The notes beneath the pieces were generated by a model. That model made no database searches. It had not been told where the DNA came from and worked only from the letters and a program-made list of their open reading frames with translations. Source: Hormiphora californensis (lineage: Eukaryota > Animalia > Ctenophora). Taken from it: a DNA stretch of 64,000 nt. Of the stretch, positions 39,625-51,600 are shown in pieces; the stretch's first letter is position 1; the number at the start of each line of letters is the position of its first letter. The translations under genes and the position numbers were made by a program. Location: the NCBI GenBank assembly GCA_020137815.1, contig CM035350.1:7006001-7070000 (forward strand), given 5' to 3'.

Positions 39625-40562
39625 AAAAGAACAACGGATATAATATCTCCAGATGGACTCAACCCTCCTAATTTTACTGCTTTTGTCCACTGGTCGGTGT
39701 CATTGTAATACACACCTCTAGTATTTACCAAACACAATACCACACACATCTCCTTCACCTCCTTCCCAGCTTCGTCATTATCCAAACTGCCCATATGCCC
39801 TTAAACCTCTTTTGGTTGGAATTATTTTTCGTCTGTGTGACAAATTTCACCTTTTGAGCAACGGTTAAAAGCAAACAGGGTGCTCTCTGTCACTCTCTTC
39901 CCATTCCTCTTGCCACTCTTGGTGTTGGCGACCGCGGCTAGTGGAAATATTCATATTACCTGTTCTCTTCTCCCAGTCACTAGCTGCGGGACAGGTGTCG
40001 TTGTGTGTGAGACTCGAGCGGAGAGAAGGGAGAGAGTTGGAAGAGAGGAAGAGAGAGAAGAGAGAGAATGAAGAGAGGAGAGGAGAGAGGAGGGACGAGA
40101 GGAGGAAGACGAGGAGGAAGGAGAGAGAGAGAGAGATGAGAGAGGAGAGATAGGAGAGAGTAAAGAGAGAGGAGAGAGTAAAGAGAGAGAGGATTGGTGA
40201 GGAGAGAGAGGAGAGATGGGAGGAGAGAGTGGGGAGAGAGAGAGACGCATGGGCCGAGAGAGGAGAGAGGGAGGAGACTGAGAGAGAGAGATGGACGAGA
40301 GGAGAGGAGATGGAGAGAGGAGTGAGAGAGAGAGAGAGTGAGATGACGAGGATCTCGAAGGGGGGGGGGGAGAGAGAGAGTCTGATGAGACGAGAGAGAG
40401 AGCAGAGAGAGACGAGAGAGAGGAGGAGAGAGACCGGAGATTGGAGGAGTGAGGAGGGAGAGAGAGAAGAACGAGGGAAGAGAGAGAGAGAGAGAGCACC
40501 CCCGTGATGAGAGAGAGAGGAGAGATGAGAGAGAGATGAGAGAGAGAAGAGAGAGTGAGAGA

Positions 40563-40607
<45 letters not shown>

Positions 40608-41372
40608 TTTCCATTAAACTATTGTCTTTCTGCCCTCTTCTCTCTCATCATTCATTATCTTTTTTTTCAGTTTTTGATCATGACCAGTCTCTCGCTAAAC
40701 ACATAAACACATATTATGATGACTTGTGTAGCAATTACAATATTGAACATAATGAAGTCGTCCCTGAACTCTATTTATTTTTTAGCCTGTTCCTTGTAAT
40801 ATATTTGACTGGGCCTTCTCAGCGCGGCTAGTTGATCACACTCCATTGGTACACTGCATATTGGTATCGAGTTGCAGTATAATAGTGCAGTTAATAGTGC
40901 CGCGGGTGTTATGTCGTTACTAATTGCACATGACACCTTCCAGGTATGTGTTTATACCTCCACGGTGTCTGTATGGCGGCGCCATACCCCATTTGATTCG
41001 CTCAGGATGGGGTCGCGGCGCCAGACAGCACGGTGTGAGGTGTGAGGTGTGAGGTGTCTGATATTGGTCAGGGGGATTGGGGTGTCTAATATATTTCCCA
41101 CTATATATCTAGCTTTCAGAGTTTTTTGGATTATCCGGGGTGTGCTATTCTACCCTGGTAATGGTTATAAACTTTATTTTTAAGAAGGTTGCAAGTGGGT
41201 TGTGGAAGTTCTGCTGTTATAACTGTCTAGTGTCTAACCTATTTCCCCCTCAGAAATCGGAGGAGCTCCGGTCGCACATAAAGCGGTTAGAATCAGACCT
41301 GCGAAACCTGGAACACTCCAAGGTGCGTAACTCGTAATCTGAGTCGGAGCTGCACGTGATCTTTTTTCTACC

Positions 41373-41405
<33 letters not shown>

Positions 41406-41703
41406 ACTCTCTCTCTGGTATCTGGTACCCAACAGGTGTTCCAATTGTGTCCACCACATCGTGTACACACTATTGTGTGCGGGCCGGCTCCCCAAACTGT
41501 GTTAGCGTTGTTGTTTTTTTTGTTGTACAAAGAGCCTTTTCTAAATTTCTCCGCTCTCAGTTCTCCAAAAGTCCGTGTTTTTTGTTGTTGTCATGGCTAC
41601 CAATACTTGTTGTCTCTATGTACCGTCTCTCTACGTAATGTTGATCACAAGACTCTAAATTACACATACCACCGTCACTCCATGTGGAGCTGTGTGACTC
41701 TGT

Positions 41704-41772
<69 letters not shown>

Positions 41773-41779
41773 ATCTCTA

Positions 41780-41861
<82 letters not shown>

Positions 41862-44018
41862 TCCGTCTCCCCGCCCACGTTCATTTCTCTGTTTGTCACT
41901 CCATTATATTTTGACATCAAAATATTTTGTGGCGGGTACAAGCAAGGTTATGTTCCTCTTGCTTCTGAAACACGTTGCCATAGTGATATCTTTGAATCAA
42001 CATGGGCAATTCCGTGAGAATCTCTTTAGTACATTCTATTACCCTACTCATTTCATATATTACATGCTTGGTAGCATAATTTCTCAGTATTCTCAGTAAT
42101 TAGTAGCTGCTCTTTGATGTCTCTCTCTCTTTCCTTGTTTGTTTATTAGTACATCCCCAGTGGTTGGTGGGGTGGTCTAATGACGGCCTGTAAACCTTTG
42201 TAACCGCGTCCAATCCACTGTATTTTAGGCCATCTGCTGATCTTTCCACACGCTATGATCGTATTGTCTATCTTCACTTTCTTCTATCTTTTGTTTTCCC
42301 CTTTAAATAATTCTCCAACCCAAGTACTGTCCCCCTTCAATTCTTTTCTTTGACCCCTTCAATTCTCTAACTTCCCCTTCACCAGATGGAGAATAGCGGC
42401 AACCTACAGATAAAATCTCAGGAACTACAACAAATGTCCGAGGTGAGAACACAATAGGCCGCGTTCAAGCCCCCCATCCCCCCTCGAACACAAGCACTCT
42501 CTTGTAGTATAGGTTGCATTCAGTCCAGTTGAAAACTGGACCAGTGGACCCTCGAGGGGTGTTATTCATAGTACTACATATGATCAATACGTGACGAGAT
42601 ACCCCCTTTTCAGTACGTGAAAAAGCTCGAAACATCGGAGAAGGAGCTACACGCAAAGTTAGAACAGTACCAGAAATCAACGGTAAATGGAGCTCCACAA
42701 CGCTCCACTGGGTTCTTCTCATAAAGAGTTGGAGAGAGAGAGAGATGCAATATTTGTGTGCTACTTCACCCCATACATCATAACATCATCTGACGATCAT
42801 CTCCATCTCACGAAGAGGCTCCAATATACATGCCAGGTCATAAGCCATGGACCATATGTGAGGAGTGTGAAAGAGAGAGTGTGCGTGAGAAGGACAGACA
42901 TGTGAGCTGCGTGTGACTGTGTGTGAAGAGAGGTTTTTATTTGTGACAACCCATAATTATTTAACGTTTCCTCGATCCTATCGCTCCCCTTTCAAGGGAG
43001 TGATTTGGGGAGAGGGAGAAAAGAGAGATCATATTGCGGGGTATTTGTTTTTAAAACAGTGTTAGAACCAGGTCCTGATTCCCGGTGGACGTACCTTCCA
43101 CGAGTAGTAGTAACGATAACGCGTGGCATGTCACGCGTGATATTGATGACATCATTTAGTACCTGCCATATGACGTCACGAAACGATGCAAGACGTCACA
43201 ATCTGGGCCCAACAACTTGACAATATAGTTTTCTTGATTATAATGTTTCATTAGGCGATATATTTCATATAACTCTCTCGATATAATATTATTGAAATCA
43301 TTGGTTTGTTTTTTTCCTGTTTTTAGTTATCTTTAAAAGAGGGCGTTTTCTTTAGACTTACTCCTAGTAATATCATTATTCGTTTCCTACGACTTAACTT
43401 ATAATCTGATCCAGGACGGTTCCTGGAAGTGGACAGAATATAAATAATATATTTGTTGCGTAAGAATATGTGTGTGATGTGTGTAAAATTCTCACTGATT
43501 GATTATTTTCCGAATCTGTTAAACCCTAGCTGAGTGTGTTACACTGTGTTAACATATAAGGGAGTGAACGTGTGTGCGGGATTGTGTGTGTGTGCCTGGT
43601 ACAGTGTGTTCTCATGTGTTCCACGAGCTGATTCATTCCACGCTGTTGCTGCTGCGAGAGGGGAGAGGGAGGGGGAGGTGGATGGAGGAGAGAGGGGGAT
43701 TGAGAGGTGGCGGTTGCCATGTCAACTATAATTCCTGTTGTCATGCAGCATGTTGCCATGGTAATTCCGTTCACAGCTCTCTCGCTCTCTCCCCACTCTT
43801 CACATCCTTATCTCTCCCTCTCTCTCCCCCGGTGAGAGAGAGTTCGAGAAAAGAGTGGAGAGAGAGAGAGAGAGAGATAGCTGTGAACTAGTTACCATGG
43901 CAACAACACCCCACCAATTTCCTCCTCCTCTCAACACCTCTCCCCCTTCTCCCCTCCTTAGCAACAAGAGCTGGAGGCACTCAAGGAACGGAATAGAGAA
44001 CTCGAACTGTATACCAAG

Positions 44019-44056
<38 letters not shown>

Positions 44057-45558
44057 TGACGTCATTATGACGTCATAAACAAGTGACTTGCAAGAGCTGC
44101 ACTGTGCTAATTGAAGGTGAAGCAGCTCTTGCAAGTCGTTGTGTCAGGTTGTCCCTCGTTTCCTTAAACGAGTAACTAGAACAAACTAAACACGTTCACT
44201 CCCTTGAATAATGGGGAGGTAATTGGATTAGTGAGGAACTATTATGGTGGTCATATCCCCTCTGGCGGTGCCGATCCTCAGCGCCCTGAGGTCGGGTTGG
44301 CCCCTCAGGCAAGACGTCTAGAGCGAGGTCATAACAACAATTTAATTTAATTGAGTGTCTGTTATTTCAGAAAATGGCTGACATGCGACAGACGGAGAGA
44401 GTCTTACGAAGACACATAATTGAAATCGACAAAGCACGGGTTCGTATTTGAAGTTCATTTTGAATTGGTTTGTTGTTTGGTTGGGTTGTCCAAACTGAGT
44501 CCATTAGTTGTTCTGGGTTTGTGGGAAAATATTACAGTGACTATCGGAAGGATTGGGTGTGTTCATTTGGTTCTGTTTGTGTCGAAATGGAACGGTCAGC
44601 CCCCGACACTGCTCCGAATCCAATCAATCTCCGGGGGTGTGTCAGATGTGCGCGGCGGAGAATCCGCACGTGCAGAAAATCAGGGTGCGCATCCCATGTC
44701 AGATGATCTGCACCGCGCGTCACAACAATGTTCCTATCAAGCTGTGACAAGTGGGCCAATACACTCTAAGAATCTTTATCACGTTTTGGTGATATGGGAT
44801 ATGGGGAATAGTTCATTGCGTCATATTTTGTAATTCCTACTCTGCAGGCTTCAGAAGCACGGCAGCACCACAGGGCAAGATTACAGCTCGATGAGCTAAC
44901 TAAAAAGGTACGTGACTTAAACATGATTACAGTAACATTGTTATGCATCATAATGGCTTTTTAACACGTGTTATGATAACAAGTGCTAATAATGTCAACT
45001 TTTCATTTGGTAGTGTCGCAACTGTAGTGGAGAAACGGTGTCCAAACACCAAGCACAGACGCAAACTTTACGTAGCGTGCGGTATTAAACAAATATTCAT
45101 CCTGATTTAGCTGAAAAAGTGTGCTTTATTACCCGCACACATACGTAAACGGTACATCTACACACGGTGTTTCTGTGCATCTTTGCACCGTTTCTCCATT
45201 ATAACGAGCGGCCGTGTAAGGTTGTTTGAGTCGCCTGACACTGTGTATGAACAATTCAAAAGGTTGACAGTGTTGGCTATCAACAAGTGTACCCCTGGGA
45301 TTTGCTGGGAGAAACAACAATTCTTAGCAATGTCTAGTTGCCCACTTCCTGCGTGTATCATTAAAAGTAAAGTCCATCTTTTCAACTGTTCACCCCCTTT
45401 TTCGTGCACAGATTTGATAGAACTTATCAAAGCTGCATGCCCCACCGAGGGTTTAATGGACTTGAATACTTTTCACAATAGGGTACTTAAAGTCCATTAA
45501 TGGATAGTGCTAACGCGCTCATTGTGGCATCCCTAGTTCTCTCATTCTCTCATTCTCT

Positions 45559-45641
<83 letters not shown>

Positions 45642-48600
45642 ACTCCTCGATAGTTCTCACACCACTACACAATCTTGTCCATTGAGTAGAGGTTGTGTTC
45701 ACATATAATAACGCCATTAACCAACTTCCCTCCCTTGTTTGTTACACGTGTGTCTGGTTGTGACACATACCTGTAACACACTGTAACACACTGTAACACA
45801 CTGTAACACCCTCTCTGTGCCACGTGTAACACTCTGTAACACCCTCTCTGTGTAACTAATGGGCAACAATATCTCTCAACAGTTGGACCAGGGGGGAGGG
45901 GGATCAGGACGAACTGCAAGGGAAGATGACGCTCTTTTACAGGTATACATTAGAGACAATTCTGTGACTATATTTAGTAGCTGAATCAAAGGCCATATAA
46001 TCACAATTTACAATTTGACTCCTATTCACTTGATATACAAGTTGGTCAGTCGATAGAAAAGTGTTAGTTGGTCAGTGTAGAGATGTGTCTTGTCAGGTTT
46101 GTATCGATCGACAAGTGACATTGCCCGAGTGTGAGGTGTGTCTCCTCCCAAATGACATTGCAACTGAGGCAGTTTGACTGTCAGGCCAATACTCAATCGA
46201 TCAAGCTTGTTGAGTTACTCAACAAGATCAGCTGCAGTTTTATGTGTATTTACCCAGTGTAACCGATCATGTTTGATGATGTGTTTTTTACCCAGTGTCT
46301 TTAGTTTTCCCACCAGGAGGCAATACACTTGCGGTTGACAACCCAGCGAGCTCTAACTGAGATTTCACGGCTCAACTTTGTAAACTGACTTCTAGACTAG
46401 ATAAAGAGCCAAACTGTGTTTTGAGTTATCCCAGTTTCAGTATGTGTAGCTCAATAATTGTATTCCATTTTATAATTTTAAGCAGCCCGAAAAATAGCCA
46501 TCATATTATTCATTTTTCTTGTCCAAGGTGTATGATTGCACTCCAAAACCTACCACCTTTGATTATCAAGCACTGAGCAGACTCAGTAGTAACATTGTTC
46601 CAGAAAATCTAAATGAGCACACTTTACTATCTCCCGTTTTATACTCGACGTATGTGGTTGTTTATATTTCCCATTGTTTTTCAGGAAGTTTGTCTGTTGA
46701 AATCCTCAGAACAGCGACTCAAGAATAAAATTGAAGAACTCCAATCGGTAGGTTACATGACTTCATAGTTTCTTTAGAAAGTTTCTACCAAGCAGGATAT
46801 TGTCGAAAGAGTACACTTATCTTGCCTTGCTCGACCCTGTTTCACCGCGGGAGGGTTAGAACATAACAACACTTTTCCTAGTTTTCACCAAGATCTGCTA
46901 ACAACTATCATCAAATCACATGTTGCAATATCTCAATAATCAACCTTCCTTCCCCTGCAGGGTAAAGGAGTAGACGCAAGCATCCTAAGTGATTTCAAGA
47001 CAAAGGATGCAGAGCTCACTAAACTCCAGGAGCAGGTCTCAGATCTAAACAAAAAACTGGAACAATCCGTTTCCATGGAGACTAAAATTCAGGAGGAGGC
47101 AAACAAAATGGCGCAAGAGCTGGAGAGTGAGGGTCGGGCACACAAGGCTGAGCTAGCCAAGATATCAGTTCAACTTCAGACGAGAGAAAAGGAGTTGGAA
47201 AACAGCAAAACACTCATTACACGCCTGCAGAAAGAGGTAGGAAGACCCGAAATCAGTCCTGTATTTTCTCGGATAGGGACTCGGCCAAACTCCCCCTTAT
47301 ATACCCTTGATCCTTACTGTACCTGTCAGAGCATTGACCTGACAGTACCGTACCCTACCTTCAGGTGACGGACCTGTCTCGAGAGAGTGTTGAGAAAAGG
47401 GATTTGTTGTCTAAGATTGTAAACCTGGAGGGTGAGATTAACGAGACCAAAGCTGAGAACAACAAGCTAAACTCACATATTGACAACTACTCCAAGGTAT
47501 ATATAGAAGAGATTTCTTGCTTGACCATGTTTCACCGAAGTAAAGGGTTAGAACATAACAATAACATAATAAAAAAGTTTGTTAATCTGCAACTAAATTC
47601 AGTGTTTAACAACCCCTAGGTCTGTTGTTCGACCCTCTCTCTCTACACCCAGAGGGTTAGAACTTCCAACCCTCTAGGTGCGGAGAGAGAAGATAGAAGA
47701 TAACAACCCCTATATCTGTTTCAGTCGAGTTTGGCGTCAGTACAAAGTGTTGAGCTGGTGGATGGGGCCTTTGCTGAGGTTCACAGTAACTTATCCATCA
47801 AAGTATCGGAACAGGGAGAGGAACTAACTGGCCTTATCAAGAATCTAAAACACCTTATCAACTCGGTACATGCACTTTTACAAAATAACTATTACCAATA
47901 CTACTGTAATATGCAGTAACTGAATCCTTGACTGTTACACACATCAGTAAAATCCCGAACAACTTTTCCCTATAACTCCCACTCTCCCAGAACCTTCGAA
48001 AGTGTGGAGGAGAGGTGCCTGCAGAGTATACTGTTCTACTGCAGAACGTTGAGACGCTAGGGTTTATTGTCAAGGAGAGTATGGGTATGGAGCAGCTCCT
48101 GGGGACACTGCAGACCATATATAGTCGGGATCTGCAGCAGCTTAGCAATGAGAAGAAGGGAGTGGAGTCTGAGGTATGTGGGATGGAGAGATTATTACCA
48201 TTGTGTGGCTGATTACACCGTCATTTTATTTCATTCTGTTCCAAAACGTGATTTACCGTTATTTCAGGTAGCCGATCTGAAGGCCTCTATAGTGGAGTTG
48301 AAACTGACGGAGGTAGACAATGAGTTTAGTACCTATCCCGCTGCACTGAGTTTGGAGTTGAGACAGCTGAATAACAAACTTGCCATGGCGGAGGATCAAA
48401 ACAGGTAATAGGAACCTACATTCCTCCCAGCAACCTTTATTAACTCAATTCAAACATTCCTCCCTAATCACCCTCACTAACTGACCCAGCCTCAACTGAC
48501 CCAGCCTCAACTGGTTCACCCTCACTAACTGACCCAGCCTCAACTGACCCAGCATCAACTAGTTCACCCTCACTCAGCCTCATTCAGCAACCTCCCAACA

Positions 48601-51600
48601 CATGGTAAACGATATAGTTTAAAATTGGATTAAATGTAATTAGAAATCAAACAATATATTATATTCAAATAGCACTAGCAACACGTCTGATCCTCCTCTG
48701 GGCACCTCCCCTATTGGCATCAAACAACTCGGCAGCAGTTACACCCAGAGCCTTAGCCACCTCGTTCCGGACAGAACCACTGGCCTTCCTCATCCTCCCA
48801 GGAGAGAGAGCAGCACGGGATTCAGCAGTGTAACGTCGTCTCGTTCTAACGGGTCCACAGGAGGGTAGGGGTCCACAGGAGGGAGAGGGTATGGGTCCAC
48901 AGGAGGGTAGGGATGGCGGGGTGGAATCACCTGCAGCAGTAGTGGAGAGCAGGGAGAGGGACTCCTCAAGGCCGGAATAGGAGGGGAAGAGAAAGGAGCG
49001 GATGTTGGTGGGTGTCAGGTTACAGGGAGTAGTGGCTGCAATACCGTCCAGCAGGTCCAGGTCGGGCAGGGGTGGCAGGTCCAGGTCAGGCAGGGGTGGC
49101 AGGTCCTCAGTGGATGCAGGTAGGTAGGGAGGGATGTCCTCAGATGGGGCTGATAGGTCAGAGATATCCAGGTCGGAGACCTCCAAACTGCTCGCCACTG
49201 ATGGTAGGGAGAGGTCCATGATGGAGAAGGAGGAGGTAGTGTCCTGGTGGGGAGTTGTATCAGGAATGGTGTCCATCGTGAAGGGTAGGTGGGGAGTAGT
49301 ATCAGGAACGGTGAAGGGTGTGACGTCACCAGTAGGAGTTAGTGTTGGGGCAGGACCTAAAGAGGGTGGGCCGGGAATCAGGGGGAAGGAAGAAATGGTG
49401 AACTGAATCCGAGAGGGCTGGAGCTGGGAAGTTTTCTTGGTGAACTGCTTCATGATGTTGTTGTTGTTGATGTTGGGAGAAGTTGGAAACAATTGGGGAT
49501 ATCGTTTCTGACAGAACACTGAGTATTTGTATCTAGTTGATGGGCCACATAACCATGCACACAATTCGTAACAGGCTCTCGTAACAGGACCTTGTGATTA
49601 CTCTCTAGTAACTGATTAGGAGGTGATAATCGGGGACCGATTACATATCTGATTATCATCCCGATAATATATTATGTTCTCAGATATCGGCGATATCTGA
49701 GACGATGGTTGAGACCATACCGGTTCAACAATCATACCCACCCAATGCTATCTGAGCCCCTACCAATCATACCCAATGCTATCTGAGCCCCTGCCAATCT
49801 GAGGTCTCAACAATGATGGAAACATAGGGACTTCTTATCCCATACACCCAATCACAAACGGTGACCCACTTCTCTGGCCACTACAACTCTGGCTACTACA
49901 ATTCTGGCTACTACAACTCTGGCTAGTAGCCACAGTTGTACACAACTCTGGCTACTAGGAGTGCATCTCTGGCTACCAAACGACCCCGCCTATGTATGCA
50001 ACAGAACACCGACTCATTAGGTGATAGGTAGCTAGGTACACACTACAACAACAACAACAACAAAATGGATTTATATACCGACTAAATAGACAAGTACTCT
50101 CGATTGGTTCGAAGAGCAATTGCCATTCATAGCGGTTCTCTCATCCTATCTTGACATATTGGTTGACAAAAGGTCGTAAATGGTAACTCATACTGGTGAC
50201 TTATAACTGACATATATAGTAGACTTTATTAACTCTCAACACTTGGTGACTGTGGGTGACAAGTATAATCAGAAAAAATAATAACAAAAATGATAAACTG
50301 AATAGTATCTTAGATTATAAAGAATTATGTGACAGCAGCAGGGGTGACCGTGTGAGAACGGGGACTAATGAATAACCGAAAAGAAATTATTAAAGACTGA
50401 TGTCGAAAACCAAATAAGGTCTTTCAGAGAAGGTAACAGTAGCATCGAACAGGTAGGTCTTCAGGCGGATACGGAAGGAGTCCTCTGAAGGTGCGTCTCT
50501 GAGGTTCTCCGGTAGGTTGTTCCAGACATGGGGGAGATATTGGGATATTCTCCTTTTTCCCAGTTTGCTCACTTTCACATTTCCAGAAAGTAGCTTTAAC
50601 TTGTAATGGTCTACTTTACAGCTCTGACGAGTAGACTTCTGCACTGCAGTATTTTCATCATGTTCCACTAGATCCTGAAGGTACTGAGGGGCACTTCCAT
50701 AATAGATCTTGTACCCTAGTAGACAGATTTTGAAAAATATCCTCTTCTCAATCGTAAGGATATGGGAATCACGGTAGAAGGGGTCCAGATCAACTTTCCT
50801 CTCTCTGACTCATGACTGACTTCTGTATCATGTCTGGTATGTTTGCAAAACACTCCCGCATAGCCTCAAGCTCCTTGAGAACCTGTTCAGACCTATCCTG
50901 TCCCACTACTGCTCCTTCTTCTGACTTGGTCTTCACAAGGTCTTCCTGCTGCTTGTCCACCATTCTCAATAGGTTAATAGCAAAATTCCATAGAATATCT
51001 TTAGTGATACCCGCTGGGGGAGCTTTTTTACCTTGCAAGATTGGGTCCATATCCACAGGTAGATTATCTTTCATAAACGTGTCCAAATCTTTCCTCGTCC
51101 ATAACTTTAGCGGGATTGCCTTCAATGTCATCACTAGCTACGATCTGCAGGATAAATTCAAGGCCTCGCCTACACGCATTAATATACACGAGTTAGGTAA
51201 TAGGTTATTGGTTTGCTGGATAAAGTACTGATAAGTTGAGAACATGGTGATTGCTTCCAGGCCAACCCCAAGGAATCGAATCCCGCCACTACAGCAACCT
51301 CCGCACCTAACAACACCAAGAGCTCTGACAACAACAGCGGAAAGACCGAGACCCTCTGTCGGCCGTCTACTAAGATAGTAAACGTGGACAGCGGATACTC
51401 GCCAGAAACGGAGACTCAGATCGAACTCATCAGCCGTAAACCTGACATCGTTTCACCCGAGCTATTCAAGAAAAACATAGTTTTCGGGGATCAGATAATT
51501 TTCCAACCTTTAGGTGTAGAGGTCTGAAACTTCTTTTAAGTTGACCTTGTAACTAGATCTATCATTCAGTACTAAATTTAGCTTCTCAGCAATTGTGGTT

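Noticed and set aside
39444-40614. Ser/Leu- and Glu/Arg-rich ORFs, and a possible retroelement remnant at 39650-39990
   Set aside because: Mostly degraded (GA)n. I could not recognise any motif in the unique part.
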